Shown here: positions 19,468-28,915 of the stretch, one piece after another
Layout of the letters: every line of letters starts with the position of its first letter
Numbering within the stretch: position 1 is the stretch's first letter
Virus record (IMG/VR): IMGVR_UViG_3300034072_000758
Span: 124,001-188,000 of that record
Reading direction: 5' to 3' (one strand)
Length of the DNA: 64,000 nt
Translations under genes and position numbers: made by a program
The notes under the pieces: model-generated
The model's input: the letters and a program-made list of their open reading frames with translations, nothing else
Database searches by the model: none
What the model was told of the DNA's origin: nothing

Positions 19468-21351
19468 TTACTTTCGCATCAAGAAATTATGTCCACCGAT
19501 CTTACCGATCAATCGCAAACTTGAAGCCCAAGACGGACTTGATGTCGATGGGTTATAGAACCACATAGCGCTCTTACGATTGGCGTTAATGATGTTATAC
19601 GAATTGTTGGTGCTCTTGTAAGTACCAGCCATAACTTGTCGGCAAACTTCTTCAATTTTCTTGTAGAGCGCGGTGCTCTTGTTCTTGGTGTAAACCTCAA
19701 TACCGCGCTTCTCAGCCGTTGCGTAATCACCCTTCTTTACCGAACCTCTATTGTACGCATTCGGGAACCAGAAGTGAGAGAAAGCGTTTTGTGCGAGAAC
19801 ATATTTCTTTACACCCGCAAATTTATCGTTCATGTTGTTCTCACGGAAATTATGCTGATAACGATTCAGAACTGTTCGAGCAACAGCCGCTCGACCATCA
19901 TCATTTTCTCCACGCGATTCCGTCCATACGCATATCGTCAGCCATGTCAGATCGTCATCCGTGAAATTCTCATTGAGCGTTGAAGTTACCACGGATGAAT
20001 TACCATTCTCGATTACATTCTCACGATCATCAGCGCTTGCCACTTCGGACGGCTGAATTGGATCAGGCGATGGGTTGGACCCGGTTGGATGACCGGCGAA
20101 TGGTTCGTGTGTTGGTAACCTAGTGGTGATCGTAGGGCGTGATCCTTGCTGATAACAAGGCGCATCACCCTGCGTCTCGGCCAAAGTGTTAGGTTGGGCC
20201 ACAGAAGCCTTCACAGGGCTTACAGAGGCACTTGCGCCCGTATTATGGAGCAATTTACCAGCGGAGATAATATGGTCCCCACCAGCCCCGTTGTAGATCG
20301 TTCCAGAGGCTCCTAATTGAATATCGCCACCAGAACCCAGAACCAAGCGACTCCCACCCGTTCCAGACAGAACACCACCGAACTCCAAAGCCAAATCACC
20401 ATTTCCGGCGAAGTGAGTATGGTTGGCCGATTGGAAAGTCAGATTGCCGCCCGCGCGCAGGTTTAAATTACCATCGGCTTCGATGTTCAACGAACCATCG
20501 GCATGTAGGTTCAGAGAGCCTTCGGCGCGCATCGAAATCGCACCACGACTATAAGCGTCGATACCCTTGTCGGAAATAGACAACCAAGAGTCGCCATTCT
20601 TCGAATTGATGTATACAAAACCAGTAGTATCGTTGATAAGAACCTGAGCACCTTGGCGCGTTCTCATACGGATGTATTCGTTACCTTCTTCTTCATCCAC
20701 ATAGATCGTGTGCCCGCGCGGTGTGTTCCAACCGTATACATTCGAGATCGGAGCACGTCTTGCTGATGCTTGTGAAACACCGCGAGACGGGTCTTGGAAC
20801 AAACCCTGTTTAGCAATACCTTCGGCTAGTGGTGTGAAGATTGGGCGCTTAGGAGCGTTTTGATTTTCCTTGGAAAATTTGTTGTACTCAACCACAGGGG
20901 GATTTGAACCACAGGCGTCAAACGTCTCAGCCGGGGTGCCACCAGCGATCCCCGGAACCATGTGATTCATGTTCTGTTGATAAACACAGCCGATCCAAAA
21001 TGCTTGAGCGGTGTCACCGTTCGCAAAGCATACCAGCACTTCGGTATCAATATGTGGCGGAACGAACCACATACCATAGGACGACTGACTACCCTCCATG
21101 TTGGTAGCATCTTCGACCAGATTACCGCGAGGGGTTACCCCAGCAAACGGAGAGCCATAGCTACAGATGATCCACGAAGCCTCTTGTGTGGGATCGCCAC
21201 ATATTTCTGGAATCCACACAGCAAGACGGCCCATACATTGTGGGTCTTCGTTGGCCTTCACAATGGCGCGATAGATACCATTATATCGAACACGACCAGC
21301 AAAACTATCGGTGCTGTAATTATCTGGAAGTTTTCTAATATCACGTACCAC
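19468..21351 (-). CDS. Baseplate central spike (gp5/VgrG-like) fused to a C-terminal SleB/Hydrolase_2 cell-wall hydrolase
   Basis: DPQCMGRLAVWIP and PPHIDTEVLVCFANGD OB-fold motifs; Gly-rich beta-helix repeats; C-terminal VWTESRGE..GRAAVARTVLNR...FS...FYNP...IGGHNF. Confidence 0.85.
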   Translation of the reverse strand: MVRDIRKLPDNYSTDSFAGRVRYNGIYRAIVKANEDPQCMGRLAVWIPEICGDPTQEASWIICSYGSPFAGVTPRGNLVEDATNMEGSQSSYGMWFVPPHIDTEVLVCFANGDTAQAFWIGCVYQQNMNHMVPGIAGGTPAETFDACGSNPPVVEYNKFSKENQNAPKRPIFTPLAEGIAKQGLFQDPSRGVSQASARRAPISNVYGWNTPRGHTIYVDEEEGNEYIRMRTRQGAQVLINDTTGFVYINSKNGDSWLSISDKGIDAYSRGAISMRAEGSLNLHADGSLNIEADGNLNLRAGGNLTFQSANHTHFAGNGDLALEFGGVLSGTGGSRLVLGSGGDIQLGASGTIYNGAGGDHIISAGKLLHNTGASASVSPVKASVAQPNTLAETQGDAPCYQQGSRPTITTRLPTHEPFAGHPTGSNPSPDPIQPSEVASADDRENVIENGNSSVVTSTLNENFTDDDLTWLTICVWTESRGENDDGRAAVARTVLNRYQHNFRENNMNDKFAGVKKYVLAQNAFSHFWFPNAYNRGSVKKGDYATAEKRGIEVYTKNKSTALYKKIEEVCRQVMAGTYKSTNNSYNIINANRKSAMWFYNPSTSSPSWASSLRLIGKIGGHNFLMRK

Positions 21352-23689
21352 TTGTTGTTCCCTCTTCCGACGAACCCTTCTTCTTCAATACCGGGGCAAT
21401 CAATTCCAGTTTAATAGCAGTCAATGTTTGCTTGAACTCACCTTTGTCGAAACGGCTGACCACATTCGTAACTCGATATACACCCAAGAACACATCGTCT
21501 GGTCGGATGATTAGGTTACCGTCATCGCCAACTTTTAATGGGAACCGGAAATTGAAAGCAAAGGTGTTATCGCCTTCGGCAAAGTTCGGCAAATTGCGAG
21601 CGCGGACACCCTCTGCGTTTAGAAGAACACGACGCTCTATAGATGAATATCCCAACCAGTATGGATCGCCCTTAATATCCATCGTGATATTGATCATAGC
21701 ATTTGTGAGCGGGGCATATTGCTGGTTATAGAGAGCGCCTACCAGAGACGCCCCACGATGCCATTGTGCGGCATATCCAGAGCCAGCCGCATAGTCTTCC
21801 CCAGCGCGCTGATTATAGGTCGCAATGTATGGTAACGCGAATGGCTTGTCGAAATCCTCGGCATACGATTCCAAAGGCAGCACATCCTTCATACGATCCA
21901 TCTGGATTTGATTTTCCAGATTTGTATCAGTTCTAATCTGGTTGGCGTTAAAACGAAGGTCCGTTCTCTGTTGTTCAAGATTTGCGATACGACCTTGAAT
22001 TTCAGTCTTTTTGGCTTCGTCAGTCGTCGCTTCCATTTCGCTAGTAAGATTGCTTATCTCGCCGTTAATACCTGAAAGCTTTTTACGAATTTCAGACGGT
22101 GAAAGTTCAACATTTTTCTTCTGATCGGAATAGGTGCCTGAGTTGATAGCGCTACTTGGATTATGCTTCTCGTGATCAGTCACGGCAGCATTTTTTGTAC
22201 GCCATCCACCAAGTTGAGGAAGCAATGATGAAAAGGCAAAGTTGAACTCAGTGTCGAGATTAATCACTTCGGTATTCATACCAGTGAAGCGATACTCATA
22301 CTTCTTCTTGAGATAATTATTATCCAATAATGTTTGAACCATATCCGTGGTTACTTGTTCATCAGACGTGTTTTCATATTGCGAAGGCGCAAGGTTAGCA
22401 CCCAATGTTCTAAAGCCCCAAATATGATAGGTTACCTCTTTCATATAGTTACCGGTGATCGGATCGTAACCTGTTATCTTGATCTCAGGCTCAATGACGG
22501 GTACGACCGCCAGACGATATTTCTTACCCTTATAGAGACCGCCTTCATCCTCGATGTCCAGTGGAGTAGAAGTATCCAGCATAAGCATCTGCATCGACTC
22601 GCAATGCGCATACATTGCTGTGATGATGTCCGTTAAAGTCGCACCTCTTGGAATTTCAGCGGAAATGTATTGATTCGACGTTCCCTGAGAAAATGGGATA
22701 TTGCGAATAGGACTGTGCTCCGGGTTCGTGAGATCAGGACTTAGAACAAAGTTATTCGGGTCATATTCCTTATCAGATGTTACGATGCTTCGCGCCTTGA
22801 TTTTAAATTTGTAAATTTCCCCAGCATACATTTCATCCCATGCTCTTGTGAGCTTGGCCGCTAGATCATCAAGGAATGTTTTTACGGTATTTCCACCGAT
22901 ATTCAATTTTTCAGGAATACGCCCACATGTTTCATCATTGAAACCCTCCATGTCATAAGGCATACATGTCAGAATATGACGCGCACCAGCTACGTCGATG
23001 TTGGTCTTGATATTACTAATCGAGATTTGATAAATCCATCGCCCGCCATTATCCAAATCCATCTTCTCGCATGGATTGTAATTGACATCCCCGTTTTCAT
23101 TGTAGCCAATAAAGGTGAGTTCGAGGAAGTACCAGAACTTCATATAATTCTGAACGTTCAAGTCCTGCGCCGAAATGATCATCGATTCCAGCAATGACGA
23201 TCCCACAGGTTCGGTGATGACGATCTCGAAGCTAGATGAATACGAACTTCTCGTTCGCCATCCCGGCGCGGTCATTTGGTTGATCTCAACACTCTCGATA
23301 TTGATACCCGCTGTTACGCCCGTCTCAGCAATAGTGATTTTGGGAATGGCGTCGATGATCTTGTAAATCTCTTGCGTGTCATAGCTTGTCACACGATCCA
23401 TGATGTCGCGTTCGGTTGTCATGAACAATCGGAAACGATAGTTCGACATCGGCATTTCGGATAGAACGTTTGGAAGGAAATTGCTTTCATCTTCCAAGAG
23501 CCTTGAGATTGCATTGTTTTGCGCAAGCTGTTTCTTCTGAGCGCGCTGGAACGCCGCCTCGTTTTCGGCTTTCTTATCCGCCTCAGCCTTCTTCTCTTCC
23601 GCTGTCTGAGGGGCCTCAGCAACAGACATAGTTGTGTTAGCAGTCTGGTTCGGAACGTAAGGTCTGTTTGGATTATTTGTAATAGCCAT
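21341..23689 (-). CDS. Baseplate hub-like structural protein (gp27-like)
   Basis: IKGDPYWLG and FLGVYRVTNVVSRFDKGEFKQTL; lies between the gp53-like and gp5-like genes. Confidence 0.7.
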   Translation of the reverse strand: MAITNNPNRPYVPNQTANTTMSVAEAPQTAEEKKAEADKKAENEAAFQRAQKKQLAQNNAISRLLEDESNFLPNVLSEMPMSNYRFRLFMTTERDIMDRVTSYDTQEIYKIIDAIPKITIAETGVTAGINIESVEINQMTAPGWRTRSSYSSSFEIVITEPVGSSLLESMIISAQDLNVQNYMKFWYFLELTFIGYNENGDVNYNPCEKMDLDNGGRWIYQISISNIKTNIDVAGARHILTCMPYDMEGFNDETCGRIPEKLNIGGNTVKTFLDDLAAKLTRAWDEMYAGEIYKFKIKARSIVTSDKEYDPNNFVLSPDLTNPEHSPIRNIPFSQGTSNQYISAEIPRGATLTDIITAMYAHCESMQMLMLDTSTPLDIEDEGGLYKGKKYRLAVVPVIEPEIKITGYDPITGNYMKEVTYHIWGFRTLGANLAPSQYENTSDEQVTTDMVQTLLDNNYLKKKYEYRFTGMNTEVINLDTEFNFAFSSLLPQLGGWRTKNAAVTDHEKHNPSSAINSGTYSDQKKNVELSPSEIRKKLSGINGEISNLTSEMEATTDEAKKTEIQGRIANLEQQRTDLRFNANQIRTDTNLENQIQMDRMKDVLPLESYAEDFDKPFALPYIATYNQRAGEDYAAGSGYAAQWHRGASLVGALYNQQYAPLTNAMINITMDIKGDPYWLGYSSIERRVLLNAEGVRARNLPNFAEGDNTFAFNFRFPLKVGDDGNLIIRPDDVFLGVYRVTNVVSRFDKGEFKQTLTAIKLELIAPVLKKKGSSEEGTTSGT

Positions 23690-23694
23690 ACCTG

Positions 23695-23700
23695 TATTTA
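23695..23700 (-). promoter_or_regulatory. Late promoter TAAATA box
   Basis: TAAATA-CAGGT-ATG(23689). Confidence 0.75.
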
Positions 23701-23727
23701 TGGCTTATTAAAACCGTATTTTATTAA

Positions 23728-24033
23728 TCAGAGGCTCAGAGCTTGCTTTAGTGTAGCAAATGTTGGAACCATGATTACTGTACCAGTCGTCATATCCCAA
23801 ACCGGGTCTTTGAGGATGTTTCTGTTTCTCACAGAAAAAATCCACCAATATTCTGGCGAACCGTAAAGGTCCAGCGACAATTTGTCGGGGCGATTTTCAT
23901 AGAGCTTAGTGATGGTGAACTCGGTATCGTCGGTCGATTCTGGGATAGGGCGGTGAACATAGTTCTTGATGTACCAAGACGCTTGTGGCGTGGAAACATA
24001 AGGCGACGATGCTGTATAATTAACCTTGCTCAT
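23728..24033 (-). CDS. Baseplate wedge protein, T4 gp53/LysM-like
   Basis: YENRPDKLSLDLYGSPEYWWIFSVRN; start reassigned to ATG 24033. Confidence 0.8.
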   Translation of the reverse strand: MSKVNYTASSPYVSTPQASWYIKNYVHRPIPESTDDTEFTITKLYENRPDKLSLDLYGSPEYWWIFSVRNRNILKDPVWDMTTGTVIMVPTFATLKQALSL

Positions 24034-24038
24034 ACGTA

Positions 24039-24044
24039 TATTTA
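24039..24044 (-). promoter_or_regulatory. Late promoter TAAATA box
   Basis: TATAAATA-TACGT-ATG(24033). Confidence 0.75.
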
Positions 24045-24080
24045 TATTGAAAAAATTAACTACAATTCGTATCATCCCAT

Positions 24081-24728
24081 ATGTTCAGAGAAAATGACAA
24101 CGGCCCCATCATCCTCGATCCTCGCACAATAGAATACGTTAGAGAAGACCAATTGGACAAGGTGCGTGAAATCAACGAATGCGTTGCTTTCAATATGGAC
24201 GATCTGGAAAAGTGGAAGGATGAATTAACCGACGATATGATCGCGGCCCTTATCCTGAATGATCCCTACACCATAATCAAATACTACGATGAACCAAAAG
24301 AAGAATGGCAGATCATATCGATTTCTCAATCGCCGATCATGGTGTTCTATATAAGACCCTCGGCTATAAGCGACAAGGTTCTTCGTCTTGCGCTAGACCA
24401 ACTCAAACTAAAGAACGCCTATGGGATGTCAGTAGATTGGTTGACGCATTTTCTGAAATTATATCCAAAAGATTTCCATGAAGAAATTATTGATTGGTAT
24501 GTGTGCTCAATTGATTATTATTTCAATAACAAGAACAAGATAGATGCGGTAAGAAGTTATTGGACGAAAATTCACTTCTATTTGGCACATTCCATCCCCG
24601 AATACAAAATCAGCACTATCGAAGAAACGCTCTATCCTGTCCTGACACGGGGAGACCATAAATCTATCCTTGATCACTGGATCGTTTTAGAAAAAGTCGG
24701 TATTCCATTCGATACACAAACCTCTTGA
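24081..24728 (+). CDS. Helical-repeat (DUF4116-like) hypothetical protein
   Basis: DEPKEEWQIISISQSPIMVFYIRP resembles the repeats of 7291-8037. Confidence 0.55.
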   Translation: MFRENDNGPIILDPRTIEYVREDQLDKVREINECVAFNMDDLEKWKDELTDDMIAALILNDPYTIIKYYDEPKEEWQIISISQSPIMVFYIRPSAISDKVLRLALDQLKLKNAYGMSVDWLTHFLKLYPKDFHEEIIDWYVCSIDYYFNNKNKIDAVRSYWTKIHFYLAHSIPEYKISTIEETLYPVLTRGDHKSILDHWIVLEKVGIPFDTQTS

Positions 24729-24783
24729 CAATTTATGGACAATATGTAAATATTGTCTATGTGTCAATATAGGAGACGGTATC

Positions 24784-25149
24784 ATGGAACTTCAAAACTA
24801 CCCTGCTGTCCAAAGTTGGACACGCAAGGTCTACATCTTCACCGGCAATCTTATCATCGCCACCGGCACGGTTCATGGTGGTGTGGATTGTTTCGTCAAC
24901 ATCGATCCCGATGACGGGTTGTTCCGCCATCTGATCAAGGACGATGTGGATCACATCAAGGCCCTGCGCAGACTGAATACCGGCCTTCGTTTCGACAAGT
25001 ACGGCGGGAAGTTCGTCAATACGTGGGAAGACTACATTCCATCCCCGGCCATGCTCGAACTTCAAATCGTCTGTAAGACATCGTTCGATGTCGGCATCGC
25101 GGGTGATCGCTACGCCAGCTTGACTGGTGACGATTCGTTCGCCGCTTAA
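24784..25149 (+). CDS. Hypothetical protein
   Basis: AGGAG SD; TTGACA at 24725. Confidence 0.65.
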   Translation: MELQNYPAVQSWTRKVYIFTGNLIIATGTVHGGVDCFVNIDPDDGLFRHLIKDDVDHIKALRRLNTGLRFDKYGGKFVNTWEDYIPSPAMLELQIVCKTSFDVGIAGDRYASLTGDDSFAA

Positions 25150-26084
25150 TCCAGCGAAAAGAAACTGGCTGGTAGTGGCTTAACCAGAACGAGGTTTGCC
25201 GGTAGACCATGTGAACTATTCAGTTCATCATCAACCGTCTTGCCTACACCATCTTCCGGGTCAACGCGAAGATACTCTTTTGGGATGTTGGTGAGCTTCA
25301 CTATCGTCCCATTATCTTTTTCGTCAGCATACCACTGAGCATTGTCTGGGGTATTGGTGACATAAAGATAGCGGCGCTGCCCCATTTGACCGCCCTGCGC
25401 CCACTTATTCGGCTCCCAACCATTCTTGAGTAAGCTATCAGCCGACTCTCTCGAAGTACCGTGATAGAGTGCCGGGATCACATCAGCATTTTCGTCTAGG
25501 TTGATTTTGAGGTCGTATTCGTCGGTCGGGACATCTTTCCATTTGATGATTTCGACCTTCTTGATTTTCTTTGGGTTGACGAGAACCACCATCGTATTAC
25601 GCCCCCCACCGTAATTATTCGACACGGTATAATCCACACCTTGCTCGACTAGCCATCGGCGGAAATCGGCTGTCTTCGATGGCTTAAGTAAATCATAATT
25701 CAAAATGAGATTGGTGAATTGTTCGGCAGTGATGCCTTCTCCGTTCTTTCTCTGTACCGAAATCTTATACGATTCCCAGAATGCTTCTTGTGTTCTCTTG
25801 TCTCTAGGAAGATTGCGCTTGCCCCATTCTAAGCAAACCTCGTTTGATAGCACAACCTGATCGGCGCGATTACCTTTCTCGAAAGTGACGCGGTACATCT
25901 TGTTGCCGCCCTTGGCAAATTTGGCTGCGATCTCGATGTCAGAGATCAGATACAAACCGACGCCATGAACGATTTGTCCACTCTTGTTTCCTAAGATTTC
26001 GTTGTAATCGGATTCGAGATTACGCCCACCATGATACATGGTGATCAAGTTAGAACTCTCAGTCAGAAACTCGTTTAATAGCAT
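25146..26084 (-). CDS. Tandem two-domain ADP-ribosyltransferase-fold protein, probable internal virion protein
   Basis: Domain 1 MYHGG...HGVGLYLISD...KFA; domain 2 LYHGTSRESADSLLKNGW...LYVTNTPDNAQWYA; N-terminus MLLNEFLTE. Confidence 0.65.
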   Translation of the reverse strand: MLLNEFLTESSNLITMYHGGRNLESDYNEILGNKSGQIVHGVGLYLISDIEIAAKFAKGGNKMYRVTFEKGNRADQVVLSNEVCLEWGKRNLPRDKRTQEAFWESYKISVQRKNGEGITAEQFTNLILNYDLLKPSKTADFRRWLVEQGVDYTVSNNYGGGRNTMVVLVNPKKIKKVEIIKWKDVPTDEYDLKINLDENADVIPALYHGTSRESADSLLKNGWEPNKWAQGGQMGQRRYLYVTNTPDNAQWYADEKDNGTIVKLTNIPKEYLRVDPEDGVGKTVDDELNSSHGLPANLVLVKPLPASFFSLD

Positions 26085-26087
26085 ACA

Positions 26088-26501
26088 TTATTTAGGTTTT
26101 TTGTTATTCACAGACAGATATGACAATTCTATTGTGACTTTAGTGCGTTCCCACCCACTATTATCGCCTCGTTTATCTATTTCAGATAATTCAATTTTTT
26201 CTATCAAGCATCCAAGAACATTCAATTCAGAAACAACAGTTCTATTCTTCTGTTCCTTATATTCAATCGTTATATGTAATGGTTGCTGATCATGTTTGAG
26301 CGGTGTTAAACGACTCATAAATGTATCGAGAACCAAGCTTTCAGCATCATCGAAAAACGCTAATACTATATTTTCCCATTGAAGTCGCCCACTAACATAT
26401 TTGGCTTTAGGCGGCTTACAATATTCAATCATAGCATTCACTTGTTCAGGAACGTCATGTACAATAACATTGAAGTTAGTAGTAGATTTGATCATGAGCA
26501 A
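26088..26501 (-). CDS. Tail-tube (T4 gp19)-like protein, divergent
   Basis: YVSGRLQWENIVLAFFDD...LGCLIEKIELSEID...KVTIELSY pattern. Confidence 0.5.
   Translation of the reverse strand: MLMIKSTTNFNVIVHDVPEQVNAMIEYCKPPKAKYVSGRLQWENIVLAFFDDAESLVLDTFMSRLTPLKHDQQPLHITIEYKEQKNRTVVSELNVLGCLIEKIELSEIDKRGDNSGWERTKVTIELSYLSVNNKKPK
26089..26094 (-). promoter_or_regulatory. Late promoter TAAATA box (4-nt spacer)
   Basis: TAAATA-ATGT-ATG(26084). Confidence 0.65.
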
Positions 26502-26533
26502 AGTTTAACACAATACTCAAGCTCGACCAATTT

Positions 26534-27310
26534 TTAAATCCAACCCTTGTTCTTACGCATCAATTCGCCAGTTCTAAACTTATCAAGTGAGAACTCGGTG
26601 CGTTGAAGTGTTGGTGTTTGCTGTATGACCACTTTTATATTCACAGTGAATTTCGCAGGAACATACATGGTGATACCAGCGGACTCACATAGAACCATGT
26701 TGATCTGATCATCGAACGACCATCCGTGCGATTGGACGATGACTGGAAGCTCGTTGAACATACCATTACCGTAGCCTTCGAGAAGAAGCACGGGTGGTGG
26801 AAGACCGGCCAGCTTATTAGCCTTGTCTTGCTCACCAAAATACATTTTGGATACGGTTCTCAAGAAGTGTAGCACAGCAATAGCATACGCGCCTTCTCTC
26901 TGGTTCTGAACCGTGAAGGTTGCGTTGATGTCAATCGAGGCATTCGGTGTTCCGGTATAATGCGAATATCCATAGTTGGTATGGACCAATGCGGCCTCAG
27001 AATAATTAACGCCCTGACTGAACGTGATGACCGGGGTATATGGGAATAGCAATCCATTGGTCCCATCGGTCATATCTGGATGCATGATCGAGAGCACATT
27101 ATCCTGCGCCACTTTCCCGTAAATCTGATCTGCTTGACCATCCTTGGCACGAAGACGCAAACGAATATCCGTATTCGTTGTAGCCACCGGGCTAGAGACA
27201 ACACCAAAACTTTCATCATCCGCAGCCGATGAAATATCAACGATGGTGTTGGACGAATTAACTGCCAACGCCGCGCCAGCAAAGGATGCGAGAGGATTAT
27301 AATAGACCAT
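26534..27310 (-). CDS. Baseplate/tail-tube initiator-like structural protein
   Basis: LLFPYTPVI...HFLRTVSKMYFG...PPPVLLLEGYGNGMFNELPVIV. Confidence 0.65.
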   Translation of the reverse strand: MVYYNPLASFAGAALAVNSSNTIVDISSAADDESFGVVSSPVATTNTDIRLRLRAKDGQADQIYGKVAQDNVLSIMHPDMTDGTNGLLFPYTPVITFSQGVNYSEAALVHTNYGYSHYTGTPNASIDINATFTVQNQREGAYAIAVLHFLRTVSKMYFGEQDKANKLAGLPPPVLLLEGYGNGMFNELPVIVQSHGWSFDDQINMVLCESAGITMYVPAKFTVNIKVVIQQTPTLQRTEFSLDKFRTGELMRKNKGWI

Positions 27311-27315
27311 ATTTT

Positions 27316-27321
27316 TATTTA
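27316..27321 (-). promoter_or_regulatory. Late promoter TAAATA box
   Basis: TATAAATA-AAAAT-ATG(27310). Confidence 0.75.
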
Positions 27322-27361
27322 TAGTGTTGATAAAGGATGGGTTTTATAATACGTTGCTGGG

Positions 27362-27916
27362 ATGGAATTTCTTTATAGACCCGAATTTTGGCTGGTGACC
27401 TTGCTATTAGTTTTAGCAGTCATCACGCTATCTAATCTATGGTCCGATTTCGCATTTATGTATTATACCCGCAAAGGCCGCTATCGCAGCAAATACTATG
27501 AATTTCCCAATGTGTTCAAATACATATTCTTTAAGAAGAAATTCAATCCAAAAGTTTACAACCTACCAAGAAAGCTTGAGGAAACATTCTCACCTCTCGC
27601 GGCTTATCACGGTCGGTTCAGGAGTCTGGAAATTATTGGTGGAGTTCATATCGAACTATCCGGCGTCGGTGAGTACCATCCAAACATTCTAACGGTTGAA
27701 GGTGACCGATGGATTTTATCTAATGATCCAAACGTGATGATGCCGATTCCGTTTTTTGATCGCTGGCGCGCGATCTACGGGAAATATCAATATATTTACG
27801 TAGGCAATAGCTTTTTCTTCAAGGGTGATGTAAAGTGTTTCGAAGAGGATTTGACCATTATCCTCATGTGTATTGATGACCACATAAAAGAAAAATTTAG
27901 GCCCATTTCATTATGA
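27362..27916 (+). CDS. Membrane-anchored C-terminal-motif protein (G-N/D-xxx-FExD subfamily)
   Basis: N-terminal TM; FFKGDVKCFEEDLTIILMC. Confidence 0.7.
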   Translation: MEFLYRPEFWLVTLLLVLAVITLSNLWSDFAFMYYTRKGRYRSKYYEFPNVFKYIFFKKKFNPKVYNLPRKLEETFSPLAAYHGRFRSLEIIGGVHIELSGVGEYHPNILTVEGDRWILSNDPNVMMPIPFFDRWRAIYGKYQYIYVGNSFFFKGDVKCFEEDLTIILMCIDDHIKEKFRPISL

Positions 27917-28668
27917 TACTCGGAAGCCGCGCCCGCACTGATGAATTTTTCAAAACCTCTGGGATTAAAGCCCATGAGTTGCTGACACGCATGGCTGATC
28001 GGAGAGACGGTCTTGAAGCCGAAACGCTTGAGCACAATCGATACGGAACAGTCCGGGTAATCAATCTGGATGGCGTCTATATCCTGATTGAACTTGGTAA
28101 CGATAAGTCTTTGGCGCGGGGTAGAAACAAGCATGAGGTAGAAGTCCTACCCCTGATCATTCACGATTATGGTCCAGACAAAAATACCCTCAAGCGCCAT
28201 GTTCAACCAGAATTAGTCTATGAGCCTATTCGCTCGAAGGGCTATCGAGCCAACGTATATGGTTCTTACACTGTTGCGACCAATCGCTTATTCTATTTCA
28301 GAGGGCAATACGAAAATGATCATGACGGTTATCGTTTGGTAGAGTTTCACAAACCCCCGATTCTACATTACAAAAATGATGATGTCATGGATGCCATACA
28401 ACGCATCGCCATCCATCTAAGGTATGAGGATAGAGGGAACGTTCGGCAGACAAGGTATCAACACGAGCGTTGGAATTTTGCTATGAATTTTGGCGCACGA
28501 TACGTATTTACCGAATACGACAATATGCCATTATATAATGCGCTGACATTCAAACAACCGGATTACGAAATCATCTTTGACAATGATTTTAATCAATTCT
28601 CGGCATTCTTGTGGGGAAATAAAGAGGATTTCGATGAAACCCTCACGCTGTCGATCCTCACCAACTGA
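27913..28668 (+). CDS. C-terminal-motif protein (G-N/D-xxx-FExD subfamily)
   Basis: Ends LWGNKEDFDETLTLSILTN*. Confidence 0.7.
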   Translation: MILGSRARTDEFFKTSGIKAHELLTRMADRRDGLEAETLEHNRYGTVRVINLDGVYILIELGNDKSLARGRNKHEVEVLPLIIHDYGPDKNTLKRHVQPELVYEPIRSKGYRANVYGSYTVATNRLFYFRGQYENDHDGYRLVEFHKPPILHYKNDDVMDAIQRIAIHLRYEDRGNVRQTRYQHERWNFAMNFGARYVFTEYDNMPLYNALTFKQPDYEIIFDNDFNQFSAFLWGNKEDFDETLTLSILTN

Positions 28669-28915
28669 GGTGAATGTCACACGTTAGGACATAATCAGGT
28701 TGCCAGCCGTCGATGGTGAAGCCGCGATCTTCCAGTATGGCGACCACTTCGCTCGCATTGTGTGGATCATCGATGTAGACCCTGACCCAGCCGGAAGAGA
28801 GGTCGAAACGTCGAGCGTTATGAGCCTCGGCTTCCAGCCGCTTGTCGAGATAGCTTTCGATTGACAAGGGTTCGTCGTCGCTGATGAAATCCCTCATGTT
28901 TTGAGCGGTGATCAT
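28658..28915 (-). CDS. Hypothetical protein
   Basis: 85 aa, ATGA-coupled. Confidence 0.6.
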   Translation of the reverse strand: MITAQNMRDFISDDEPLSIESYLDKRLEAEAHNARRFDLSSGWVRVYIDDPHNASEVVAILEDRGFTIDGWQPDYVLTCDIHLSW

